DNA of 64,000 bases from a virus (Duplodnaviria; Caudoviricetes), in the IMG/VR virus record IMGVR_UViG_2617271113_000004, positions 64,001-128,000 of that record. The stretch is one strand, 5' to 3'. Position numbers and translations under genes: made by a program. The number at the start of each line of letters is the position of its first letter. Positions within the stretch are counted from its first letter, which is position 1. The notes under the pieces are model-generated. The model saw nothing but the letters and a program-made list of their open reading frames with translations. It did not search any database and was not told the origin of the DNA. This document shows positions 21,089 to 30,686 of the stretch, piece after piece.

Positions 21089-21961
21089 CTATATTTGTTT
21101 TGTCATTGGATCAATATCCAATGCATAGAATTCATATACATTTTGTGTCATCATATCATTTATACTCATAACCATTCCTTCGGTATATGTACTAACACCA
21201 TAAATAGTTAGTGTAGATCTACTTCCGAATTCATTTGCCATGGTTAAATTAATATCGAATAATGGCATTTCATCCATAAGCATTTTGTGTCCTTGTTCTT
21301 TTAGCTCCTCTATACATCGATAAACTGCACTTTGATCAAATACAACAAATGTTAGGATTCCAGTAATTGTACGCATTCCTCTTGTGTATCCTTTAGAAGT
21401 GACTCTACCTAAACCTCTAACTGGTACCTTTTCTCTTAAAATAGAATATGAAACATTAGACAACTCTCCAAATACAACTGGACTTCTTCCTGGTATTGTT
21501 ATGCTAGCTACCATGTCAGAACCAGAGTAACTATTGTTTGAATAATTATCTTGAAATTGGCTTCTTTGATTATTTGAATTAGATGGAAACTTGCTTTCTA
21601 CCGTTCCCTTATTATTATTTTGATGAAGCGGACTATCATCAATTATAATTCCATCTTTATCTAATTCATTTTTTAAATTGTCTAATTGTCTACCATACTC
21701 AAAAGACTCATTATCTGTCATTTCATTTCCATAGTTATTCTGAAGGTAATTTAATACTTTATAAGACCTTGCTTTTCCCATTGTATAACTTATAGAAGCA
21801 AATACTTCTGATATCGTCCACTTCCAACCTTGTTTCTTCATCTCTCGAAGGATGTAGTTTAATCTAAGTTCTAGTTGATGTTTAGCTATACCACTTTCTA
21901 TATATATGCTATTTTCTTTTATCAGTTTTAACATAGCTTGGATAAGTAGCTCCATTTGCAA
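21089..21961 (-). CDS. Tail tube-like protein (paralog 2) with N-terminal extension
   Basis: YSGSDM..REKVPV..RGMRTITGIL..MPLFDINLTMANEFG. Confidence 0.65.
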   Translation of the reverse strand: MQMELLIQAMLKLIKENSIYIESGIAKHQLELRLNYILREMKKQGWKWTISEVFASISYTMGKARSYKVLNYLQNNYGNEMTDNESFEYGRQLDNLKNELDKDGIIIDDSPLHQNNNKGTVESKFPSNSNNQRSQFQDNYSNNSYSGSDMVASITIPGRSPVVFGELSNVSYSILREKVPVRGLGRVTSKGYTRGMRTITGILTFVVFDQSAVYRCIEELKEQGHKMLMDEMPLFDINLTMANEFGSRSTLTIYGVSTYTEGMVMSINDMMTQNVYEFYALDIDPMTKQI

Positions 21962-21971
21962 TACCCCTTTT

Positions 21972-22002
21972 AAAAAAAGGAACAGCTGATTATGCTGTTC
22001 CT
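21972..22002 (-). terminator. Intrinsic terminator after the major tube gene
   Basis: AGGAACAGC-7 nt-GCTGTTCC followed by a T7 run on the minus strand. Confidence 0.8.
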
Positions 22003-22018
22003 CTTCTGTTTTATTCTT

Positions 22019-22750
22019 TTATGCTAAAAGATCTCCACCAGATGTTCGAGCACTTGAGCGCCCTTCATATCTTAAGTTATCTTTTCTTTTAATTCCTTTA
22101 ATCTTCCGAGCAACAAAGGAATAAGCTTTTGCTGTTACGACATCATCAATGGAGAACCCAGACCCTTCATTTAATAACTGAATCCCATGAATTTCCATTC
22201 CTGATCTATTACCAAATTCGTTTGCCATTGTAATTGTAATATTGAAAGGCATTAACTGATCTGCATATTCAGGTTCATAAAATCCTGTTAAATTATCTGG
22301 ATTAAAATCTCCAGCTGAACCATAACCTAAGTTTGTCATTTGTTCATCCCAAGTTGTAATTCCATAGGTATCTGCACCATCAGCACTTCTTGATTTCAAG
22401 CCACTTAGAATTTGATCTTGAATACTGCCAGCATTTGCACGAAATGTTTGGTACTTCATAAGTGCTGGTGCATTTCCACCATAGTCTTTTCGCATTTCTT
22501 CTAATAAGGCATCTCGGTCAAATGTTACAAATACTAATGATCCAGAAATTCCTCGTTTACCTCTCGAGAAAGATCGAGGGTCTGCGCTACTCATTGTATA
22601 TATTGGAGCAACTTCTCTAGAAATACTGTAATTAAGTGCTTGAAGTTCTCCAATTACACGTCCATTGAAAGTAGCTGCAATATCTGCTCCACTGTAGGAA
22701 CTAAATGTTTTAGTATATTCTTCAGTATTCATTTCCACTTCACTCCTCAA
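22019..22750 (-). CDS. Major tail tube protein
   Basis: Directly after the sheath gene and followed by a terminator; YSGADI..REVAPIY..RGKRGISGSL..MPFNITITMANEFG. Confidence 0.75.
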   Translation of the reverse strand: MRSEVEMNTEEYTKTFSSYSGADIAATFNGRVIGELQALNYSISREVAPIYTMSSADPRSFSRGKRGISGSLVFVTFDRDALLEEMRKDYGGNAPALMKYQTFRANAGSIQDQILSGLKSRSADGADTYGITTWDEQMTNLGYGSAGDFNPDNLTGFYEPEYADQLMPFNITITMANEFGNRSGMEIHGIQLLNEGSGFSIDDVVTAKAYSFVARKIKGIKRKDNLRYEGRSSARTSGGDLLA

Positions 22751-22801
22751 TTGGATTAAAAATCATATAAATAGGGGAGGGATATCCCTCCTCCTAGCTG
22801 T

Positions 22802-25645
22802 TTACAAGCTTTGGCGTAATGCTACAGAAGTGTGGATTCGTCTAGTTTCAAATTCAGGAACTAATTCTAATGTTATAAATGCATTACCAAGTACTTTTTC
22901 TCTTGAGCTAGTATAGATAGAGAATTTAAAGTCTTGTAATACTCCTCTTTCTTTTAGAGTATCTAAACCAGCTTGAATTTCTGTTGCAAGAGAATTTCGC
23001 TGTGCTAATCCATTCGGAAGTCCAATAAACGGTTCTGACTTCGTTCTAATTAACTGAACAGTTGCATGTGTAATGTTTACTGTTGAAAGTCTTTCATAAT
23101 CAGAATTCGGCTGTCCTGCAGTTACACCGTCTTTTACTTTAAATTGTCTAGATCCATTAGGTGTGACTCTTTCTTCAAATGTTACAAATCTAGCACCGGC
23201 AAGTTGATTATGCTGCGCTTCTGAGAGGTTGTAACGCATTCCTTGAATAGAGATCTCTTTATTTGTGGTAGACACTTCTGGATTTAGCAATGAGTTCAAG
23301 GCTGCATAAATCACTGCTCCACTTGCTACATAACTTCCTAGTTTCTCATTTACCAAACCAACTTCAGGACCAAACACTACGTTAACGTAATGACCGATAT
23401 CAATAGGTTCATTTTCTTCATTCAAGACAACATCATGTGTTCCTTCGTTGTACATGAAGTGATTATTTATATCAGAAGCCATTAGCTGGTCTATATGGTC
23501 TTGAATCCCTAGTAAACTAGCATTTTTCACAGGAGTCATTCCAATAAAACCAATTGTTTCCCAAACTTTTGCTGTTGCAACAGCACAGTGTTGAGCTAAT
23601 TGAGTTGCAAAGTTTTTATCTGGATCTTCTACCATAATAATAGATCCGTTTGGCTCGTAAGTTTCACGGCCAATTAGAGTATCTGCATTCGCCTCTACTA
23701 AAACAATGGAATCTACAGGATAGTTTTCAAGCTTACTATATATGCCTTGAACCACTAGCTTTACTTCATCCAGAGTTCCTGGTACAATCTCATAAATTCC
23801 ACCTAAAACATCATACAATTCTTTCATGCTCTTCAAATCATCTACATTAAAGAATCCATTAGAGCCCAACCATAGATATCTTGCAGGATCATCAGGAAGT
23901 TTATTCTCATCAATGTGTAAGTCATACTCTTCAGTTACTTCATTAAACTTCTGGCCAAGGAATACTTGCCCATCTGTTGGAACTAAACCTTTAACAGAAG
24001 CACTTCCTCCTTCAGGTACACTTAACCGAACAATATTATTATTCGCATCATTGTTTACATAATTAGCAAATTCATTAATTGTACGAATACCCTTCAAGTC
24101 TCTGGTTCTATATTCAAGAACTTCATCTCTTATAGACAAACGTTTATCAGTTGGTTTTATAATATAAATGATCTTTTCATTACCTGATGGATCATTGGCT
24201 GTTACATCACTACGGATATCAATTGAAACGCCTTGCAATGAGTCTGGATCTAGAATGTCTTTAAGACCACCATATGTTTCACCTGCATACAAACCTTCAA
24301 CTACCAATTTAGGATTAACATCCGTTGATTCTGTCGTTTTATAAGAAGATTTTAATTTAATTCCTACAGGAACTGCACCAGCAGTAATGACTACTTTCGC
24401 TTTATCTGAAGGAGATTCTGGGTAAACCATTGAAAAATCCCCATTAGGGTTTTCAGTAGATTTTGGAGTTAATTCGTATTGGTTGTCTCCAATCTCATAA
24501 AATACTTTAAAATCCTCTTGTTTAGGCAAATAATTTAAAACATAAGTTTTATCTTCACCTGGTACTGTATGTTCATTTGTTGCAGTTATTGCTGCCTCAT
24601 CATAGTAGAAATAATCTGCTGATACTTCAGCTGAAGAGTTAAGAGGATCATAAGTACCATTTTCTACTTCTGTTTGATAAGCGTCAGTAAACCGAATACC
24701 ACCCTGTTCATATTCTAGAGAAGTGTACTCATCCTTTAATGGATCAACTATGGAGTCATCTTCCCTACCTGGTCTCCACAACCATTCACCTTTAGAATTC
24801 AACTGAGGAACACCTACTCCATTAACATACACATTAATTGTATGTCCTGCTGCTACATCATCTGAAAAGAATCGATGTTGACTTGAGAAGTAATTCGTTT
24901 TTGTAGGATCTTGAGTCAATGAACCACTTGGATCTGAACGTAATACTTCATAATAGGTTCTCTTATTAAAATTGAACGCAACTTCTATTTTATGTCCAGG
25001 TCGAAATACATTTGGTTTAAAAAATATAGTTTCTTCACCGATTGTGTCATCAACATTTAAGACTGTATTTCCAATAGCAGTTGCTCCAGTGTATTCTTTA
25101 ACAAGTGTTCCATCTTGCTTTTTCTCTCTAATATAAGAAACTGGAGTACTGGATAATCTTCCAGCATCCTCTACTTCAATTGCTTTTGAAAAGGCAATAT
25201 TACCTGCACTAACGCCAAGTACTTGTTCTAATGCTCGCTCAATATCTTGCACGGATAATTCAGTTTTTGCTCGGCTGCCACTAATTCGCATTAAACGAAC
25301 ATCCTCATTACCTGCTGCTAGAGCTTCATACATTGAACGAATTAAGTTTCCTTGATGAGGAACCTTTACAGTTTTAGTGATTTTCTCACCAGTGTTAGGA
25401 TTTAAATCGCCAGTTTCAATTTCTTCTTTCTTTTGCATCCCACCAAATAATCTTTCAGCGGCTTTCGGACCACCAATAGCTTGCACAGATACAGGCTCAC
25501 CAACTGGCCCATCAATAGCAGTACCTAAAATCAGCAATGATTTAGTACTTGCATTAATATTTTGCTGACCAGAGTATAAGTTTCCGTTTTCATATTCAAC
25601 TTTAACTCCAGGCAAATTTTCATACTTGTCAAATTGGCTTGGCAT
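22802..25645 (-). CDS. Contractile tail sheath protein with large inserted domains
   Basis: N-terminal LPGVKVE..ILGTAIDGPVGEP; C-terminal sheath motifs DGVT..PFIGLPN..LELVPEFETRRI. Confidence 0.85.
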   Translation of the reverse strand: MPSQFDKYENLPGVKVEYENGNLYSGQQNINASTKSLLILGTAIDGPVGEPVSVQAIGGPKAAERLFGGMQKKEEIETGDLNPNTGEKITKTVKVPHQGNLIRSMYEALAAGNEDVRLMRISGSRAKTELSVQDIERALEQVLGVSAGNIAFSKAIEVEDAGRLSSTPVSYIREKKQDGTLVKEYTGATAIGNTVLNVDDTIGEETIFFKPNVFRPGHKIEVAFNFNKRTYYEVLRSDPSGSLTQDPTKTNYFSSQHRFFSDDVAAGHTINVYVNGVGVPQLNSKGEWLWRPGREDDSIVDPLKDEYTSLEYEQGGIRFTDAYQTEVENGTYDPLNSSAEVSADYFYYDEAAITATNEHTVPGEDKTYVLNYLPKQEDFKVFYEIGDNQYELTPKSTENPNGDFSMVYPESPSDKAKVVITAGAVPVGIKLKSSYKTTESTDVNPKLVVEGLYAGETYGGLKDILDPDSLQGVSIDIRSDVTANDPSGNEKIIYIIKPTDKRLSIRDEVLEYRTRDLKGIRTINEFANYVNNDANNNIVRLSVPEGGSASVKGLVPTDGQVFLGQKFNEVTEEYDLHIDENKLPDDPARYLWLGSNGFFNVDDLKSMKELYDVLGGIYEIVPGTLDEVKLVVQGIYSKLENYPVDSIVLVEANADTLIGRETYEPNGSIIMVEDPDKNFATQLAQHCAVATAKVWETIGFIGMTPVKNASLLGIQDHIDQLMASDINNHFMYNEGTHDVVLNEENEPIDIGHYVNVVFGPEVGLVNEKLGSYVASGAVIYAALNSLLNPEVSTTNKEISIQGMRYNLSEAQHNQLAGARFVTFEERVTPNGSRQFKVKDGVTAGQPNSDYERLSTVNITHATVQLIRTKSEPFIGLPNGLAQRNSLATEIQAGLDTLKERGVLQDFKFSIYTSSREKVLGNAFITLELVPEFETRRIHTSVALRQSL

Positions 25646-26262
25646 TAGGATTCCTCCTCATTATTTTCATTGTTATATATACCAGCTTGAATAGCTAGTT
25701 GTTCAATTTGATTTAGGAAATGATAAGTAATATTCTCGAAATGCATTTCATAAATTAATGGTCGTTTAGCATAAGAAGCATTAAATTCTGTATAATTCTC
25801 ATCTTCTTCTTGTTTAAAAAAGAATATTTGCTGAATTCCTTTCTTCTTAAAGAAACTACTATATTGAAGAATAAAGGATTCAAATTCTTCCATTATACGA
25901 TCTGCTTCTTCATCACTCTTAGAGTAAATATCAAAACCTACCATCACTCTCTGTACTTGTCCCTTAGTTTCTATAAATTCATTAGAGCGTAAATCATGTC
26001 TAGTCAATGACCTGTGCCTTGGTCCAAACTTTTCTTTAAATTCTTCGAGAGGCATTCTCTCTTTAGTTCTATAAGTAATAATACTTCGACTGTTCTCTGC
26101 GTCATCTTTCACAAAGTTGCGCTTAATTACGCTGTCCTTGCCAGCAGCTTCCCAAAGCTTTTTTAACACATCAATAAATCCAAGAAAGTTAATGCCACTT
26201 TCTGATCTTAATCGATCCGATTCATAAGGATCTGACTTATTGCTAAAACTAGAATATTCCAA
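25645..26262 (-). CDS. Tail terminator/completion protein
   Basis: Immediately upstream of the sheath; typical size; FDIYSKS motif. Confidence 0.5.
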   Translation of the reverse strand: MEYSSFSNKSDPYESDRLRSESGINFLGFIDVLKKLWEAAGKDSVIKRNFVKDDAENSRSIITYRTKERMPLEEFKEKFGPRHRSLTRHDLRSNEFIETKGQVQRVMVGFDIYSKSDEEADRIMEEFESFILQYSSFFKKKGIQQIFFFKQEEDENYTEFNASYAKRPLIYEMHFENITYHFLNQIEQLAIQAGIYNNENNEEES

Positions 26263-26270
26263 AATACCAC

Positions 26271-27326
26271 CTACCTCATAACTCTTATTTGTGAGTGTGC
26301 AGTAATTCGATTTACAGAAAAAATCGGTACGACATCCAAATTGATATAAATTCTTCCCTCAAATCCATTTTCCATGATGGCATACTCACCGTTCTTAAGC
26401 CTTCCAAGAGTTATATATTCTTCAATCTTAGCCTCAATTATTTCTTGTATCTTTCTAATTTGGGATTCAGATTGTATGTTTCCAATAAAATATTGAAAGG
26501 TATTACTTAACTCCTGTATTAAATATTGAACGATCCTAAAATTTGATATATGCTTATGAACACTTCCAGAAGTACTAACAGCACATGTTGCATTGGAGCA
26601 AATGATACCGTTCTTTATACTTTCTCGAAATGTAACTACACCAATATTCTGAAATAAAATCAACTCTTCCTTATTCCAAACTTTTTCTAGTTTAATATTT
26701 AAGGTTTTATTCACCGGGCTTACACCTGGTTCAATTGACACAATCAAAGCTGCGTAAATTACTGCTGACGAATGATTTAAAGCCTGATCAGAAACTAACG
26801 AAATATATTTCCCCATTTCATGTATGTCAGTTATATCCTCGAAAGTAAGGTGTTGGATTACTTCTCTCAAAAATTGAATATCTTCGGCAGTGTCTATATC
26901 TAAGAATCCATGGATTAAATCACCCTGCAATTCTTTATCAGTCGCAAATTCGATAAAGGCGTCAATTTCCGATTGATCTTTATAATTAAATTCGTCTAGA
27001 TAAATAAGATCAAAGGAATACGACTGCAAACATCTATAAACTGTTGAATAATCATTATCACGCATTCTCACAAAGATAACTGCAATAGAATCATCTACTT
27101 TCATTGCATCTTTATATCGCTCTATTAAAGGACCAGAACGGAATATACTCTCGGCTAATTTTAAATTATATATCAAGGTAGGTTCATATAATGGTCCTTC
27201 ATATGATTCTGCAGCTATAATTAATCGTTTACCAACATCTATCCCATGATAATTATCAATTAATGGTAATCGATTATACTCAATTGTAGGAGATAGCATT
27301 TTGATCACTCTCTCTAACAGGTTCAA
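26271..27326 (-). CDS. Minimal sheath-like paralog
   Basis: GPLYEP, IYAAL..PGVSPVNK, YFIGN, LDVVPIFSVNRI parallel the main sheath. Confidence 0.65.
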   Translation of the reverse strand: MNLLERVIKMLSPTIEYNRLPLIDNYHGIDVGKRLIIAAESYEGPLYEPTLIYNLKLAESIFRSGPLIERYKDAMKVDDSIAVIFVRMRDNDYSTVYRCLQSYSFDLIYLDEFNYKDQSEIDAFIEFATDKELQGDLIHGFLDIDTAEDIQFLREVIQHLTFEDITDIHEMGKYISLVSDQALNHSSAVIYAALIVSIEPGVSPVNKTLNIKLEKVWNKEELILFQNIGVVTFRESIKNGIICSNATCAVSTSGSVHKHISNFRIVQYLIQELSNTFQYFIGNIQSESQIRKIQEIIEAKIEEYITLGRLKNGEYAIMENGFEGRIYINLDVVPIFSVNRITAHSQIRVMR

Positions 27327-27762
27327 AATATGAATATATTTGATAGAACTCTGTTCTTCCTTTGTTTCCTCTTTGCGGGTCCGCTATGCTAATTACGTTT
27401 TTCTCTAGTATGGATAAAGGTACACCATTTTTCCATTCAGCTTCTATTAGGAGATCGCCTTCTTTTGGATTGATATCATGTTCTAAATAATAAACATAAG
27501 CTTTTGCAGATAGGTTGCCAATCTCAAAATTCTTTCTAGCTCTTACCAGAGATTCCGGAACCGATGATATTGTCCGCCTTGTTCTAACTTTTTCAATGTT
27601 TGTTACAAACCCCGTTCCAAAGCAATTCGGACAATCAGTTCTGGATTGCCCTCCACTTCGTTCAGAGTAACATTCGCAGCGAAATCGTTTGTCTCTGCGA
27701 ATATAGATAGCATCATATCCATATTTATCTAATACATTCCTTAAATCTTTACGAATATCCAT
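27280..27762 (-). CDS. Head closure/neck protein with Zn-binding motif
   Basis: CEC...CPNCFGTG; synteny. Confidence 0.55.
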   Translation of the reverse strand: MDIRKDLRNVLDKYGYDAIYIRRDKRFRCECYSERSGGQSRTDCPNCFGTGFVTNIEKVRTRRTISSVPESLVRARKNFEIGNLSAKAYVYYLEHDINPKEGDLLIEAEWKNGVPLSILEKNVISIADPQRGNKGRTEFYQIYSYFEPVRESDQNAISYN

Positions 27763-28898
27763 TAGATGTCCCTACTTTCAGGAGCTTGTACGCCTCCTCT
27801 GCTAGTTGCAGAAATAGGGTTACTATAGCCTCTTGCATTACGACCCATCAAAGCATCTTTCCAGAATTTTAATTCTTGCTCATTCTCTTTTATTAATCGT
27901 TGTAACACAATTACTTCTGGAGGTTCATCACTACCACTTGAAGAGCCAGTTGATTCTGTGCTTTTCTTCGTTACCTCAAAATCACCTAATACAAAACTGT
28001 CATTAGAACCCTCGACTGAGGTAATAGTTGTACTATCATCATCTTCTTCTCTTGTATAAATCATTTTAATAATCAATTGATTTAGAAGTTGATTTGCAGC
28101 CTGGTAAACTGAATATTTAGAAGCAGGAAAAAAAGTGTTATCTCTTTCAGTTAATAGTTGAAAACCTGTAAGATTTGCACTGGCTGTCATACGTAAGAGT
28201 TGATGAACTTTCTGTCCAGCATTGCGTAATGCTATATAAATGTCTTCCATTTTGAAGTAAAAAAATATATCTTTTAATATCGATTTTACTTCTAATGGAC
28301 TTGCATATAATGGTGAATAAGAGGAGCTAAAATTTAAAGCGTAATTACCTCCTAGCTTTTCGCCAGTATTTACCGATTGAATTTGATTTGTAACATAAAT
28401 GATATATGTGTGATTTGGTTTTAATCCCTCGTCTAAAGTTATGTGTACTTTATTTTCTTCTACCTTTAATGTTGTTGATATTTGGAAATCGAAAGGCAAT
28501 ACATATTTTGTGTTTTTAGCATATGGCTCCGTTTGATCCGTTTCAGAACTTTCCATATTAGCACTAGATTCAAATGTATTTACAATAATATTGTTTTTAA
28601 CTGAAAACATTTCTGTTTCTTCATAAGAATTTCCATTTACCAATACTTTATAAATAATGAAATACACATCTTCTGAAAGGCCATTCAACTTATACTCATA
28701 TTGATACGAATATCCATTATTCAATGTATTAAGTGTAACACTATCAACTACTACTGCGCTATCTCCGATTCCACGCTGTATGATAGCTGTAACTGGTTGA
28801 TCTACACTCAGCACATTATCTCCTGTATCTTTTGTTACTATTTCTAATAATATTGTGGAATTGCTCGCTATTTCACCAATATTCTTCAACACCATCAC
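27762..28898 (-). CDS. Head-tail adaptor-like protein with N-terminal Ig-like domains
   Basis: Synteny; beta-rich N-terminus and helical C-terminus. Confidence 0.45.
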   Translation of the reverse strand: MMVLKNIGEIASNSTILLEIVTKDTGDNVLSVDQPVTAIIQRGIGDSAVVVDSVTLNTLNNGYSYQYEYKLNGLSEDVYFIIYKVLVNGNSYEETEMFSVKNNIIVNTFESSANMESSETDQTEPYAKNTKYVLPFDFQISTTLKVEENKVHITLDEGLKPNHTYIIYVTNQIQSVNTGEKLGGNYALNFSSSYSPLYASPLEVKSILKDIFFYFKMEDIYIALRNAGQKVHQLLRMTASANLTGFQLLTERDNTFFPASKYSVYQAANQLLNQLIIKMIYTREEDDDSTTITSVEGSNDSFVLGDFEVTKKSTESTGSSSGSDEPPEVIVLQRLIKENEQELKFWKDALMGRNARGYSNPISATSRGGVQAPESRDI

Positions 28899-28918
28899 CT
28901 ACCTTAAATTCATTCCAT

Positions 28919-29845
28919 TTAATTTTTTTCTTCGATGACATAAATACTTTTTGAAGAAACTGTATTTGGGTCGATTGACTGATTAAATTCAACTATAATA
29001 TCTTCTATTTCTTGAATGTTCCTTGAGTCATTCGCTGGTGTACTGTTTATTATTTCAAGATTATCGATTGAAGCATTTTTAGTTTCGAATGCAAAATGTT
29101 GTTGAAGTGCTTCTATAGCGGAAGATTTACTTACCAATTTACTTTTCGTGCTTAATTTAACACCTTGATTATCTTTAGTTATCTTTTCTGTTACTTGTTT
29201 TTGACCATTATAATAGTATCGTATAGTAGGGCTATAATGACTTTTTCTACCATCTGCATCTACTGATCTAATACGTGCATAGTATCTTCCTTTATTATAA
29301 TTTATATGAGGAGTAACACTCGTTTCATATATTGGAGTAGTAGAATTTGGCCAAATTAAGTTTTGAAAGTTGGTTGTATTAGATATTTCTAATTCATAAT
29401 AAGCAGCATCTATTGAAGGTTTCCAATTAAAAGTTATATCATCACTGATTTCTACTAAATCACTTGGTGCCGTTAATATCGGTGGATTAATCTTTTCAGT
29501 CTGATTAGTATAAAATTCACAAATATACGTTTCTGCTAACTTAATTCCAGTAATATCCTCAATTCCATTGGTACCACCTAATAATTGAACTTGATAATGG
29601 GAATTTGGTTTCATATTTTGTAATGGTTTGATGGTTAAACGTTTGTTATTATATTTAAATTCAATACCTTCACTAACCTCTTCTGTGGAATTAAAAAGAA
29701 TAATCTTTTCAGATGTTAGTCTCTTTTTGTTTATATCTAAAAAGAAGAAGATATCAATCTGTTGATCCAATGAAACATTATCGGATAAATGATATGGAAA
29801 CGTCCTACTAACAAAATTCATTTTTCCACCTCCTCCTTTGCTCAA
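28919..29845 (-). CDS. Ig-like (Big_5/FN3) virion protein
   Basis: LTIKPLQNMKPNSHYQV, FNWKP..YELEIS..YYARIRSVD, STPAND..IVEFNQSIDP. Confidence 0.65.
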   Translation of the reverse strand: MSKGGGGKMNFVSRTFPYHLSDNVSLDQQIDIFFFLDINKKRLTSEKIILFNSTEEVSEGIEFKYNNKRLTIKPLQNMKPNSHYQVQLLGGTNGIEDITGIKLAETYICEFYTNQTEKINPPILTAPSDLVEISDDITFNWKPSIDAAYYELEISNTTNFQNLIWPNSTTPIYETSVTPHINYNKGRYYARIRSVDADGRKSHYSPTIRYYYNGQKQVTEKITKDNQGVKLSTKSKLVSKSSAIEALQQHFAFETKNASIDNLEIINSTPANDSRNIQEIEDIIVEFNQSIDPNTVSSKSIYVIEEKN

Positions 29846-30147
29846 TAATGCTTATAATTAGCACTTATAACAGATTTTTCTTGTGGAATTTGCTCAGACG
29901 AAAATATAATGTTTTTGTTAGAGATGTTAAGCGTATAGTCTATATTTTTACGCATGAACATGCCATCTTTAAATATCTGTAAGCTTTCAGGTAATGGTTG
30001 ATGTAGCAGTGTGAAGACTTTATTAGTTCCATTTAATTCTCCTGCTGGTGTTTCATCGTAAGAAAACTTAGCACCAGAGAAGTCAGGCATTACACCTAAC
30101 TTCTTTCTAAATGCAGGATAACCAGGATAAGATCGAACGATGGCCAT
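29842..30147 (-). CDS. Small virion protein with one beta-sandwich repeat
   Basis: ETPAGELNGTNKVFTL resembles ETPSGDLNGSNRRFDL in the 703-aa fibre protein. Confidence 0.55.
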   Translation of the reverse strand: MAIVRSYPGYPAFRKKLGVMPDFSGAKFSYDETPAGELNGTNKVFTLLHQPLPESLQIFKDGMFMRKNIDYTLNISNKNIIFSSEQIPQEKSVISANYKHY

Positions 30148-30161
30148 ATAGTACTCCCCCT

Positions 30162-30671
30162 TTATTTGAACAGAACAGCAAAATCATAAACTTCTGGCCG
30201 AGTAGTTCCTGAATATCGACAATCTACTTGTAGCTGAAAATATTTTGTTAAAGGCATATAAACTGGTGCATCTACATCTATTTTTATCCAACTATTTGTA
30301 GGACTTGTTCTATAATAAAAATCAACATAACTATTGCTATCAGGATTATTTTCATATTCAGACAAGATATAAAATTCTTCTGTAGCAACTGGAAGCTCCA
30401 TAAAATTCGTTATCCATTGATCTTGATTGATTGAAAATCTTAATGAGTTTAATTCTGCTGTACTCGAAGAATCTCTATGGTTATTGTTAATGAAAGGTTC
30501 TGCAAAATAATAATTGTAGGGAGATACAAGCATAAGCATGTCGTATCTCTCTTTAGTTGTTTTTGTTTTTACAAACTCAGCAATGTTTCGTTGCATATTA
30601 TTTAAATGAAAATCATGAAGTATTTGCCCATCTAAAAAAGTAATGCGTTCCATATGTTTTGGTACATCCAT
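30162..30671 (-). CDS. Hypothetical virion protein
   Basis: ORF with RBS in the structural operon. Confidence 0.6.
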   Translation of the reverse strand: MDVPKHMERITFLDGQILHDFHLNNMQRNIAEFVKTKTTKERYDMLMLVSPYNYYFAEPFINNNHRDSSSTAELNSLRFSINQDQWITNFMELPVATEEFYILSEYENNPDSNSYVDFYYRTSPTNSWIKIDVDAPVYMPLTKYFQLQVDCRYSGTTRPEVYDFAVLFK

Positions 30672-30686
30672 AATAGTAACCCCCTT

